NCBI GenBank assembly: GCA_050273025.1
Contig: CP158635.1
Span: forward strand, 9,300,001 to 9,364,000
Length of the DNA stretch: 64,000 nt
Direction of reading: 5' to 3'
From: Cenococcum geophilum
Taxonomy: Eukaryota
Position 1 is the first letter of the stretch, and each line of letters starts with the position of its first letter. The notes beneath the pieces were generated by a model. The model had not been told where the DNA came from and did no database searches. It was given only the letters and a program-made list of their open reading frames with translations. Shown piece by piece: positions 11,645 to 23,909 of the stretch. The position numbers were made by a program, and so were the translations under genes.

Positions 11645-14600
11645 TAATAATAATAATAAATTCAATTTACCGCCCGTCCCGGTCCCCCTAGTGGGTCCAC
11701 GCAGGCTAATACCTTCTATAGGAAAAACTCTAACTTAGAGAAAACCCCACCTCGGGCCGCGCTGGAGAGATGGCAGCGTTCCGACATCGAAGCGCTGGCG
11801 ACTCGCCTTCTACCTGCCTTTAAGTCTGCATATTAAGCTAACTAGCCGCGCTTCGCGGACAATCTTACTCTACCCCCTTCTTTCCTTATTCTTTTATCCT
11901 TATTCTTTTACTAGTCCTCTAGGCTTTAAAAGGGCTAGTATCCACTTATATCCTCTATATCTATTACCTTTACTACCTAAAACTGGGGTAAAACACCTAA
12001 CTGTACCAGCCATTTTGCTGCTACTTAGGCGCTTTCTTTATTATTTAAAACATCCTAAAGGCGTTTAGAGGCGCATTTTGCTATAAAGTCCGCCCTTTAG
12101 TAGTGTGGACACTAGAGCAGCATATAGTGGACTATCTGCCTTATCTAGCCACATTTACACCGTGGGAGAACCGCTAGTATACTAACGGATACAAGCCATA
12201 TATTAAGCCCTATTACCTCTATACAAAGGAGAAATAGTACTATAGCCTCTACTTTTATTAGGTCTTCATATAATGGGATTATAGGTTTCCCCTATGGGGT
12301 CTTCTATATAGTTTCTGTGCGGTCTTTAACCTTTGCCTACCACCGTCGTCGCCATTCTAAATCTACCCATTTCGCGATAAAGGTGGTTACCTGCCTTTAG
12401 TGCTGGTGACCTCCTATACAGTAGCGGCGCTCCGCCTACGCTCTGCCGGTGTTCCGCTGGCCATACTTACGGGGGTTTATTACAGCTTCCCGCTCTATAT
12501 AATCCTTTTAGTGCGCAAGGAAGCCTTATATCTCATTTTTATAGTCCTTTACGCGTTCCCTAAGCGCTTCTAATAGTACTAGTGGCCGTTTTATTTTTTG
12601 CTAGTGCTTTACTAATATATTCCAGATACCGTTAAGTGCCTCTACTAATTCCTTTTCTACCCTATTAGAGGCCGTCTTAGCGGCTCTTTAGAGGGCTATC
12701 GTTTCAATATAGAGTTGGATTAGGGGAATAGCCGCTTCCTTCTCCATTACAGCTATTAGTGTTTACTAATATGCCCCTATAACCCTACGGAGACACTAGT
12801 TCTGGACTTTCTATAGTAGTTTAAGCAAGCTTTTCGCTAGCGTTCCGCCGTCGTCCCATACTCCCCACACTTAGGCGCTATATAGTATTACTAGTCGGAC
12901 GGTGGCTGTATATAGGAGGCGTAAGCGGCGCATTAATGGGCCCTATATAGACGCGGTAATCCTTAACATCGCTTTAAAGGCTACTAAGCCCTTACTCGCG
13001 GCCTTTTTAACCTATTCTTTCCATTAGAGCTTAGGGTCTACCCAGATCCTTAGGACTCGCATACTAGTTTTCTAAAGGGCTATCTCGCAGCCAGCGATAC
13101 GCACGGTAGACGCAAGGTCTACGGTGGCGTGGCGCCGTTGCCTTATAAAGTGCATAAGCTAGTACTTTTTAGGGGCGAACGCCGCCCCGTGTTAATTTAC
13201 CTATACAGCGCAGCAGTTATAGGCGGCCTCTAATCATTAACAGTTCTCTGCCGCGGAGTCCCCCTAGGTAATAAAGTTTGTGTCGTCTATAAAGCTAAAC
13301 CCTAGCGTGCCGCTATTAGGGCGCTAGAATTCCTTTAACAGCTCTAATATAAAAAAGAGGAATAAGATTAGTGATAAGGGTAACCCCTAGGGAATACCTG
13401 TCTATATCTAGATCTAGTTGCTCTTATATCCTATAAACTTAATACGGGTTTTATGTGCTGTTAGGAAGCTTTATATAAAGTCTATAAGCCACTTTAGAAA
13501 GCCTTTTCTTTTTAGAATATGGAGGAGCCTTTTATAGGAGACGTTGTTAAATACCCCTGCTAAGTCTAGGCTTAGCATTAACACCACACACCTACGGCGC
13601 GTTTACCACGCCGTCTATACGTAAGAGCTAAGCAGTCCTACTGCTAATAGTGTGGATTATTTACGCCTTACTCCCATCTAGTTTTAAGGGAGTAGCCTAT
13701 ACTCCTCCGCAGCCTTAGATATAATATTAGCTACATACTTTTCTAGGACTTTTACTAGCGTGTTTTTAAGGGCAATTGGTCTATAGCTGCCTAAGAGAGA
13801 GTAGTCTTTCTTTCCTTCTTTACGTAATACTATAGTTATAGATTCTTTAAGGCTTTCTGGTATTATTCCGCTAGCAAAGCAATAACTAGCTGCTTCTACT
13901 AAATCTTTTATAATAACTGGGGCAACTACTTTAAGGACCTTATTTGGTATACTATCTAGCCCTAGGGCTTTTCTATTTAGAAGACTCCTAATAAGCTTAC
14001 TGATTTCTTCTATTAAGATAGTAGGGCTAATATTAAGCACATTTTATTCCCTTATTGTCTCTATATCGCTAAGGTCTACTATTCTAGTTTTAGGAAAGAA
14101 CTTAGCTGTAAGGATATTAGCCTTTATAATATTATTGTCTATTAAGGGATCTTTAGTAGACCTCCTAAGGTCTAGTAGATAGGGGTCCGCCTTTACTACG
14201 CTTGCTTTTCTACTCTATTTTAATAGAGTCCAAAGTCCCTTATTATATAGTTTTAACTAGTCTTTAGTAAGTTTATAAACAAAGCGTCTCTAGTTATTAT
14301 AACTAACTCTCCTAGTCTCTTTTTATAGTTGGTTATTTAATACTAAATATCTTTAGTGGTCCTTGGGGTTATTATAAGCTTAGAGCTATTGTCGCGCCTA
14401 TTAGGCGCCGGCGTGGAGCTATATAGCCTATGGCGACTATTCTTAACAGGCCTACCGGCTAGGCTGTGCTTATAGGTAGTATTCTTTAAGTACTTATTTA
14501 ATCCCTTCCTAAAGGGCTTAAAAGGGGTCTTTAGATATAGTCCAGTTAAGCTCCTAGATGCTTTAGAGAAAGCCCTATAAGTTTAGCTTCTTAAGGGCGA

Positions 14601-16914
14601 GGCGCTAGCGTTCCGCTAGCGGATAGCTGGCGTTATTAATTTAGATGCGGATTGGTATATAGTCTCTTATAAGGGCCTATTCCTCAACTATACCACAAAA
14701 GTTAACTTTTCTGTATAAATCTAGTGATATAAACATAAGGTCTATTACACTCTCCTATTACCCTCTTTTCCATATAGGCTCTCCTTTTAGTGTGGCGAGT
14801 ACTAGGCCTCTAGCATCGGTTTCGGCCAAAAGGCGTTCCACCTACTCTTCGCTGGCTATATGCTTTCCGCCCTATATTAGGTAGTAGGCGTTAAAGTTAC
14901 CTAAGAGTATAATTTCTCCCTTGGCTTCCTTAATAGCCATTTTAACCTTAGGCTATGCCCTAATCTAAGGGCTATCTTCGCGCGGGTTATAAATATTAAT
15001 AATTATAGCCTTTAGCCCCTTTAGGCGTACCTAGAGGGCTACGGTAAAGGGGCCGTACTATCTACGCTTCTAATACATAGCGTTAATATTCCGGCTAATT
15101 ATAAAGTAGACCTTTATTATAGGGAGAGCGTTATATATAAGTGTGAATCCCCTAGGGCAGTATATCAATTTAGTATATCTATTATATACCAGCTCTTAAA
15201 TTATAAGGACCTAGTAGTCCGCCAACATAACGCTATTAAAGAAGGGGTAACACGCCCCTTAGTTTACATTTCCGCAGTTATACTAGATAATTATACACTT
15301 ACTTATTTAAAGTAGGTGTAGGCTCATCTATATCTATATCCTATTCCTCTTCATTTTCGCTATTAACTATTATCGCTCTATTAGCGCGAAGCTGGAGCCT
15401 TAATTATAATCTGTCTCTGCTTGCTATTTTAATAAAAGATAGTTTACCTAGTCCCCGTTTAAGTGGTTATTCTTAGGTCCCTAAATAAAATATTTCCTAT
15501 CCTCTTTTCTTATTAGTGCTAATTATAAGGTTTCTTGGTATTAAGGGTTAGTATATTATTTCTACGGCTTCTTATATACGGAGTAACTGCGTTAAAAGGG
15601 CTATCCTCTTTATTTAGATACCTTTAAGGTAGCTTTAAAAGGTCCTATACTCTTTTCTTTACTATACTTTATAGGCTTTACCGTAGTTAGTATAGGATAC
15701 CCTTTCCTTAGGGCAATTTATGGTGTTATATAGTCCCGCACATTACCTATATTTTATTTACTTTCCGTATACGCTTTATATATACCCCCATTAATTATAG
15801 CGGTAGTATTACTTTATAATTACGCTATTCTTAAATAGCCTAGTCTTAAAAAGCTAGGATTTAATAACTATCCCGCTTTTTATAATCTTTTGCTAAATTA
15901 CTTAGGTTAGGACGCTAATTATAATTATTCCCCTAGTCTTCTTAGGTTCTCTTTAGGCGCTACTAGAGTTTGCCTAGCGTTTCGCCTACGCTTTAGGGTT
16001 ATATAGCTATTAAATCCGGCTAATAGCTATCCTAGGCATAAGGCGCTTTATAGCTTCATAAATGGATTAAGTTAATTCTAAATTATCTACGTCCCTTCTG
16101 CTATTAATTAGAGTCTTAAGCGGGACTCCCGGTACTTCTAGGAGATAATCTTTCCTTAGTATCCTAAGTCCTAGCGCGTCTAGCCCGTTTAGGATTTAGT
16201 CCTTTATTGTTTGGGAGGGGATATAGACATCTACGTCCCTACTATTAAGGGTGCGTACGGCGTATACGCTTAGTATTATTCTCTAAATAGTCTTAAGAAG
16301 CTCCCCTAGTTCGTGGCCCTGGGGCTCCTTAAGCCGGACGCGTACACTCGCTCTCTATGGTGCCGCGACTGCGTTTACCGTGCGGGCCGCCTACGCAGCG
16401 ACGGCTGCCTAGGTTTAGACCTGTACTAGGGGAACTCCTAGGCCTAGGGGTCCTCCTTTACGCGTTTCTTTTTGGATTTTTTTAATACTAGCTTTAATTC
16501 GGTTAAGCTAGGCCTTAGTCTCTTGTTCTTAGGTTGTCTAGGGGACTAGACGCGTTAAGAGGGCTTTAATATACTATATTGCCTCTTAGACCGAGGCAAG
16601 TATCTAGTGCCGTAGAGTTTTTTCCTCCTCTTTTATAAGATCGTCTTTAATTTATTTAAGTATTTCCTTTAGTTTTTGCTATTGCTAGCAGCTGTCCTTT
16701 TCGCGTTATTGCCCACCTGGTTTATGGTTCGGCTCCCGCGCGTTATAACTCTCGCAACTCTAGTAGGGAGCCTACGCCCCTCCGTCATCCCCTATGCTCT
16801 AGATAGGGGGCGGCGTGGTTTTATAGGGTTTCTCGGTGCGGGGAATAGGATTCCGATATTAGGTTGCTTTATTAAGTGGTTTTTAGGCTAGTTTTGCTGC
16901 TGTTACGGCTTTTT
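11645..16914 (-). mobile_element. Tad1-like LINE, apparently full length, RIP-inactivated
   Basis: 14-bp TSD AGGTAGAGCATTAA (11631-11644, 16915-16928); (TTA)n 3' tail; ORF1 with CCHC knuckles ~15720-15830; ORF2 endonuclease start II*YNCG ~15290; RT motifs KKDYSLLGSYRPIAL, GIP*G.PLS.ILFLFF and GFSFIDDTN. Confidence 0.95.
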
Positions 16915-19699
16915 AGGTAGAGCATTAAAAGAGTTTATCTAGGAAAATCTATAAAAGGGATATATTAGACTATTGCAGTTATTAGTAGGTTATCTAGTAC
17001 TATTTATACTAAAGAAAAATAGTAAACTAAGGCTGTGTATTAACTATAGACAGTTAAATAGCATTACTAGAAAGGATAAATATCCTTTACCCTTAATTAG
17101 TAAGATCTAAAATAAGATAAGTAATATATAAATCTTTATAAAGATAGATTTAAGATAGGCGTACTATTAAATTAGGATTAAGGAAGGCGACAAATAAAAA
17201 GCAGCCTTTAGATTAAAAGAAGGACTATATAAACTATTAGTTATGCAATTTAGGCTTATAAATATACTAGTATCGTTCTAGAAGCGTATTAATAATATAT
17301 TAAAAGAATACTTAGATAAATTTGGTATAGTATATCTTAATAATATTATTATCTACTTAATAATGGAGGAAGAGCACGGAGAATATATTAAATAGGTTTT
17401 AAAGAGACTATAGGAAGAACAGATACTAGTAGCAATTAAGAAATATAAGTTCTTTATAAGGAAGACTAATTTTGTTAAATTTATTATTAAACTAGGCTAA
17501 CTTAGTATAGATCTAAAGAAGATTAAGGCTATAGTAAATTGGTAGGAACTAGAGAACATTATATAGTTAAAATCGTTTTTAGGGTTTTGTAATTACTGTA
17601 GAAGGTTTATAGCGTAATAGTTAAAGGATATTAAGCTATTTACGTAATTAACAAAGAAAGAGGAACTATAGGTATAGGGGGAAGAATAGTAAAAATTATT
17701 TAAATAAGTTAAGGAATTGTTTACCTAAGAGTTAGTTCTTAAGATCTATTAACTAGAACTAGAAACAATTATAAAAATAAATATATTAGACTATATACTA
17801 GGGGCGTACTTTATATAAAAATATTAAAATAAATAGCACCTAGTGGTATACTATAGTTGGAAGATAACACCACTAGAGTTAAACTATAATATCTATAATA
17901 AGAAGTTATTAGGTATAGTTACAGTATTAAAGAAATAAAGAGCATTTTTATAAGGCATAGAAAAACTATTTATAGTTAAAATAGATTATAAAAACCTAAT
18001 AGGATTCCTAATAATAAAGGAACTTAACTAAAGATAGGTTAGATAGGTAAAGATACTTATAGAATACTATTTTAAGATTTAGTATATTAAGGGTACAGAT
18101 AATATAAGAGTAGATGCTTTAAGTTAAAAGGCTAAACTATAAAATAATAAAAAGCTATTTGGGGCTTTACTATAAAAAGATATAGACGGTTTAATTAGGT
18201 TTAATTATCTAAAGATTATAGTAACTTAAAAAGAACTAGAAAGAGTTTATAAGTTACCAGAAAGCTTTTAAGTATAAAGAATTCTAAAAGTATAGCTAAA
18301 AAATCTATAGATAGATATATACAAATACTAGGAAGTAAAGTATATCCTAAAAAGCATAGTAGAGTAATTTATAGTAGATTTCTATAAAGGAATAACTTAA
18401 GGATATAATAGAGCCATAGGCTTAGTATTAAAACTCTAAAAGGAGTATATTATAGATAGAATCTAAGGCTTAGTATAGAAAGTTACTAAAGAATATTTAG
18501 ATTGCTAAAGAAATAAACTAATAAGGTATAAGCTATATAGAGGGCTATAACCTATTAAAATACCAGAGAGACTATAGGAGGTTATATTATAGAACTTTAT
18601 TATTAAGTTGTTAAAATTAAGAGATTCTATTATCGAATAAGATTACAACGTAATTTTAGTAATAGTAGATAAGCTTATAAAGTAGGCATACTTTATAGCG
18701 TATACAGAAGAAATATTAGCAGAAGATATTACTAAAATCTATATTAAGGAAGTATTTGTAAAATATGGAGCACTAAGTAAAATTATATTAAATAGAGATC
18801 TAAGATTTATAGCAGCATTTTAAGAGGTATTTTTAGCGGAATAAGAAGTTGGAGCAGTAACTTTTACTATATATTATCCGCAGACAAACAGTTAAATAAA
18901 AAGATTAAATTAGATACTAAAGCAGTATTTAAGATACTATATTAATTACGTATAGAATAATTAGGTATTATTACTACTAGTTATATAGTTTATATATAAT
19001 ATAATACCTTAAGAAGGAATAGGTATATTACTATTTAAGGCGAATTATAGATATAAGCTAAGAATATCGTTATTACTAAAATAAGCAAAGAAAATAAGTA
19101 GTATAGCTAAGAAAAGAATAAAGACGTTAATAAATCTTTATGCAGACCTTATAGAATTAGTAAAGAAAGTATAAAAAAGAATAAAAAAGTACTATAATAC
19201 TAAGAGATCTAAGGAACTAGATCTTAAGGAGGGAGATAAAGTATAGCTACTATATAAAAATTTTAAGAGTTAATAACTAAGTAAGAAGTTAGACTATATC
19301 AGACTAGAATCTTTTAAAATTATTTAAAGGATTTTACTAGTTATATTTAAGTTAAACCTACTAGCTAAAATAAAAATCTACCCTATATAGTATATCGCAA
19401 TACTAGAGCTAGTATATAGGAATATTTAGCTATTAGTCTATAAAGCAGACACGTATAAAGGGCAAGAAAAAGATAAATAATAAGTTTTAAAGATTATTAG
19501 CTATAAGACTATTAATAATAAAATATAGTATAAGGTAAAGTAAATAGGCTATAACGAGACTACCTAGGAGCTACTAGAGAATTTAAAAAACGCTATAGAA
19601 AAGGTATAGGAGTATTAGAAGAGATTAGGTTAGGTAGTATTAATAAAGAAGAATTACTAAAAAATAAGTCACCTAAGGGGGACTTAAAAAGAGTAGTTG

Positions 19700-20265
19700 C
19701 CAAACTACTTAGATCTATTTTCTTCTCGGCCAGAAAAAAGTCTATTCTTTTATTATTAAATTCCTATAAACCCTATTTTATAAGTTTTTACTCCTTAAAA
19801 CGCACCTTCTTATACACCTTCTTAAGATGGATTAACTAAGTAGATGCCGTAAGATAAGACTTAAGGGCCCTTTGCTAAGTATCGGCCGCCTCCTATTCTA
19901 CGTTATAGAAACGGCGTAACTCCGCTAGAGTAATAAATAGTTTATTATCTAGCTTTATAGTAGCAGATTAAATATAAAACCCTAAGATAAATTAATTAGG
20001 GAACTAGACGACTATTAAAAGTAATAAGTTACATATATTTAGTATTAGAGATAGAGTAAACATTATAGGATAAATAAATATTTACTTTAGTGCACTCTAA
20101 GTAAGAGGATAGTTATCGCGAAGATAGGTTTACCAATATAATATAAACTAACCCTTTTTTTAAATAGCGAGAATATGGAGACGGTATAATCTTACTAAGA
20201 GATAATATTATAGCGACAGTGCGAGCACGATAAAGAGTTAAAGAAGAAGAAATTACTTTAGGTAT
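19700..20265 (-). pseudogene. Antisense Cys6-type ORF in the 3' region of Gypsy A
   Basis: Reads IPKVISSSLTLYRARTVAIILSLSKIIPSPYSRYLKKGLVYII...SSR*LSSYLECTKVNIYLSYNV. With RIP reversed (TAT/TAC from TGT/TGC) this gives C-x2-C-x6-C-x13-C-x2-C-x8-C, followed by an intron and a charged helical exon. Confidence 0.7.
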
Positions 20266-20373
20266 AATAAGCAATAATATTAACGAAATTAATTAGACGG
20301 ATATTATACCTCTAGTAAATAACTTAGAGATATTAGGAATCTTTAAGGATAAAAATAAAAAGGAGGGAGATAG

Positions 20374-20797
20374 TGTTACGGACGCTTTAAGTATAATATT
20401 ATAACTACTTAGGGAAGAGCTAAAAGAAGCTAGTTAGTTAATATAAGTATAGTTTAGGATAGAGCCAATAGAACTATATAATAAGGAATAGTAACTAAGG
20501 TTATATAATATAATCTATATAATTTATATAATTTATAAGATCTATAATAGAGCAGATAGAATATATGTATATTACGTATAAAAAGGATTTTATAGAAGTA
20601 TGGTTATATATTTAAGGACCCTTAATCCCTACCTAGATAGTTCCTTCCTTATAGTAATTTTTAGAATATAATTGGAGTTAATCTGTTAGGCAACCACTCC
20701 ACCAGTTATTATTACGTTGTTAACTTTAATTTATATTACCTACACACTTAGCCTAATAACGAGCCCATTGTAGTTCCTGCTATAAGGTTCCGTTATA
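20374..20797 (+). repeat. 3' LTR of Gypsy A
   Basis: Preceded by the PPT; direct repeat of 7687-8109. Confidence 0.9.
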
Positions 20798-20865
20798 TAT
20801 ACGCGAGGTATACGTAAAAGTACGGGACTCTCCTATAGAGGCCCCTACGGTGGGGTTTTATAATA
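20798..20865 (-). repeat. 68-bp terminal fragment of a Gypsy E LTR, inverted
   Basis: Reverse complement matches the first ~70 bp of the LTRs at 51307 and 53443. Confidence 0.85.
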
Positions 20866-21322
20866 ACTATAGAACTTAAAAAACGTTATAGGAAATATAT
20901 AGGATTATTAAAAGAAAATAGATTAGGTAATATGAAGAAGGAGCTAAAATTAAAAGGATAAGCTAAAGGTAATAGATAAGCCAGATTATATAAGGGATCT
21001 ACTATTAGTATATAAGCTGTTTCCGCCTCCTTTTAATTATAATTCTTTTTAGCCTTTTTAACCTTAAGGTTATAAAGGCCTTATCTAACTAAATAAAGCT
21101 CCTTTAAGCGTACTTTCTTATAAACCTTTATAAGGCGGTTTAGTTAAGCGTAAGTATCTACTAATTAAGCCTTTAGAGCCTAAGACGCCTTATTAAAACG
21201 GCGCTAAATCTTAATAAGGGCTTTAGTTAGCTTACCCTCTACCCTTTTAGCCGCTATTAATACGTAAGACCCTAAAACAAATTTAATGAGGAACTAGGTA
21301 ATTATAAAGAATATTAAAATAT

Positions 21323-22147
21323 GGCCACTACTAGTTACACACCCCCTAATCACTGCGCGTACACCCCCCAATTGATACGCGCACACCCCCCACCTAACAG
21401 GCTTAGATCCCTCCTCTTCAGGTTAGAACGTCACGTGTGTGCGTGCGCAACTATCGCGCACCCATACCCAAATCAACACCTAGCATTTGCATACTTTTCC
21501 CTACATCTACCATGGCTCTCAACCCACCTCCGTTGAAGCTGTACGATTGCGCAAACTTTGTCCTTAACGATATCAACGAGTCCGCAAAAGGCTAGGGCTA
21601 TACGGTGTCAAAGTTTCGCGGGCGCGGGCGCGCCCGCGGGAGCAGCTCGCGGACGACAAGCGGAGGTGGCAGCAGCCAAATTAGTTCGTACACTGCCTCA
21701 CAAGCCACTACGCAATCCAATCAATCGACTTAGGAGCATTTAAGTAGTATTACAAGCGGTATTACAGGTGGCGAGAATGGTGGTAGAAGTAAGACGCCTC
21801 TGCAGATGGCTTGCTAAGTGTTGGTAGCAATATTTCACAAGCTTACAGCGGTTGTGGGGCCTTGCCCTTTCGGCAAAACTTTACTGAGGGGTCCTTTGGC
21901 GCATTCCAGCTCTAATTTGAACTCTATAAGTCATACTATAGTTAAAATTAAGACTTAATTGTGGTGGTATAGTCATAGAAATTGCATTTTAAAGGTTTAA
22001 TTTTCGCGATGTAGATGCATACAAGTCAAACGCACGTGACGTTCTAACCTGAAGAGGAAGGATCTAAGCCTGTTAGGTGGGGGGTGTGCGCGTATCAATT
22101 GGGGGGTGTACGCGCAGTGATTAGGGGGTGTGTAACTAGTAGTGGCC
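21323..22147 (+). mobile_element. Non-autonomous Mutator-like element (internal deletion derivative)
   Basis: ~120-bp TIRs GGCCACTACTAGTTACACACCCCCTAATC...; 8-bp TSD TAAAATAT; ATG at 21512 gives MALNPPPLKLYDCANFVLNDINESAKG*GYTVSKFR, resembling the FAR1-like N-terminus of fungal MULE transposases. The superfamily is inferred. Confidence 0.8.
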
Positions 22148-22284
22148 TAAAATATATACTTAGTATTAAAGACGGATTAAATATTATAGGATAACCGTAT
22201 ATTTGCTTACGTATACTTAGTATATAAAGAAGGTTAGCAACTAGACGGAGCCGTAATTATAATATATACTAACTGTTAGGAATA

Positions 22285-23909
22285 CAGCTATGTGCATGAC
22301 CAGCTTCACCCCCCCCTCTGGAGAAATATAAATTCGCTACGCGCATCTAATTTCGCTTGATTGCCACCAACTGTACATAGTAATCGTAGCGAACGCCTAT
22401 GCTTGGCTGTAAGAACCTTGCTTCTGAAGGACTTGGAGCTTCTGACGAACTTGAAGCTATTTACGATTGGCCTTCTTCTGCAGTGTTATGCTCTTTATCA
22501 AATACCGTGAGGTTTCCACCCGTACCGCAATATGGCTCCGCGAATGGGCCCATATCAGCATGCCCTAATTGAGGATCTTCTTCAACTTGGAGCTACTCGA
22601 GCAGAGTGTGCCTCCGCCACTAGTTGTACGATTCGCTTAATCGCCTTAATCAGAAGGAACCTGCGGGTGTTTGGATTGACTCGGGCGCCTGTAAACGGTA
22701 AGGGTGGCTAGTTTTCACTGAGTAACCGGATGATCGTGGTAATACTGATGCGGCTGGAGGAAAAGCCAACTCTCTTTGGTGATAAGTTGCAGTGGTTAAT
22801 CTTTGACATATTTAATGTCGTAGTAAGCCGCTATGTAATATTCCGAGAGCTCTATTTGGCTGGCTGGATGAGGAAGCGTGTAAGCCAATTGATCCTCTAG
22901 TAGAGCTTAGAGTAGCTTACACAAAGTAGTATCGCCAGGTGGCCCTTAAGCGCAGCGCTCACGATCGCAACATATATTTCGCCATTATATCATAATATAC
23001 CGCCGATCAACTGGTGTTTATAAATAAGTTGGGTGCGGATTCGAAGACGGGCGTGCGGAAGACTGGCTGGGCTCCCTCTAGTATTGCACCAGTTTCGCAT
23101 ACGCCATATAATCGGGGTAAGACGAGGCTTAATATACTGCCTGCATATACAGTCGACGGCGTACTAGCAGCTTCGGTATATAAAGGCTCAACAAACGGCG
23201 AAGGCTTTAAGTTCTGGGTAGCAAATACTCTTCTGCTATGGTGTAATCGCTTTTCTGCTAAGCGATTAGTAGTGGTTATGGATAACGCCAGCTTCCATTA
23301 CTCAGAGAGAATGCAGGCTCTCTTTAACGCCTTCGGTGTTAAGCTGGTATATTTGCCTACGTACTCACCTGATTTAAATCCGATTGAAGAGTTTTTTGGA
23401 GAGCTGAAAGCATTCATTCGGCAGCAGTAATTCTCTTGGGTAGAGGACCCGGAATCCTTTGGCTATAGCTTTAAAGCGTTTCTTCTTTGGAGTATAGATG
23501 AGGTTAGCAGCAAAAGTGAGAGCGCGAGAGGACATTTCCGACATAGTGGGTACGAGTGTTGAGGTTTTGGTGTGAGAGTTAAGATTAATCTTTAGTGGCG
23601 TTCTTGATTGTATATATGGCATTTATAAAAACACCAGGAGGCTTCAATCTCTCATGTATGGGGCGTCTCTGCTACTGTAGGCGCGCCAGCAGTGACGAAG
23701 ACACCTAATATCACGACTTTGGTAGATCAGGCAAGTTCTGCATGGCTTCAAATCGATCGTCCCTAGCAACCAGAACGGTCCTTGCGTGCAGCCATAGGCG
23801 TTCGCTACGATTACTATGTACAGTTGGTGGCAATCAAGCGAAATTAGATGCGCGTAGCGAATTTATATTTCTCCAGAGGGGGGGGTGAAGCTGGTCATGC
23901 ACATAGCTG
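22285..23909 (+). mobile_element. Tc1/IS630-like DD34E transposon
   Basis: ~117-bp near-perfect TIRs CAGCTATGTGCATGACCAGCTTCACCCCCCC...; TA duplication on both sides. Confidence 0.95.
22532..23562 (+). pseudogene. DD34E transposase pseudogene, intron 22880-22929
   Basis: MAPRMGPYQHALI...; removing GTAAGC...TAG joins the frames; FINKLG (from FIDESG), MDNASFH and YLPTYSPDLNPIEE with 34 residues between D and E; a few RIP stops. Confidence 0.9.

Larger units (their letters stand above)
7687..20797 (+). mobile_element. Ty3/Gypsy chromovirus family A, interrupted by a LINE
   Basis: LTRs 7687-8109 and 20374-20797; PPT AAAAAGGAGGGAGA; gag zinc knuckle ~9160-9205; protease ALIDS ~11090; RT LRLCINYRQLN and YLNNIIIY ~17030-17360; RNase H; integrase; chromodomain ~19470-19620. 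Flanks lack a matching TSD. Confidence 0.93.

Noticed and set aside
13684..14040. 118-aa ORF as a standalone gene
   Set aside because: It is a stop-free fragment of LINE ORF2.
23014..23430. 138-aa ORF as an active transposase
   Set aside because: It is a fragment; the first catalytic Asp reads Asn and stops flank it.
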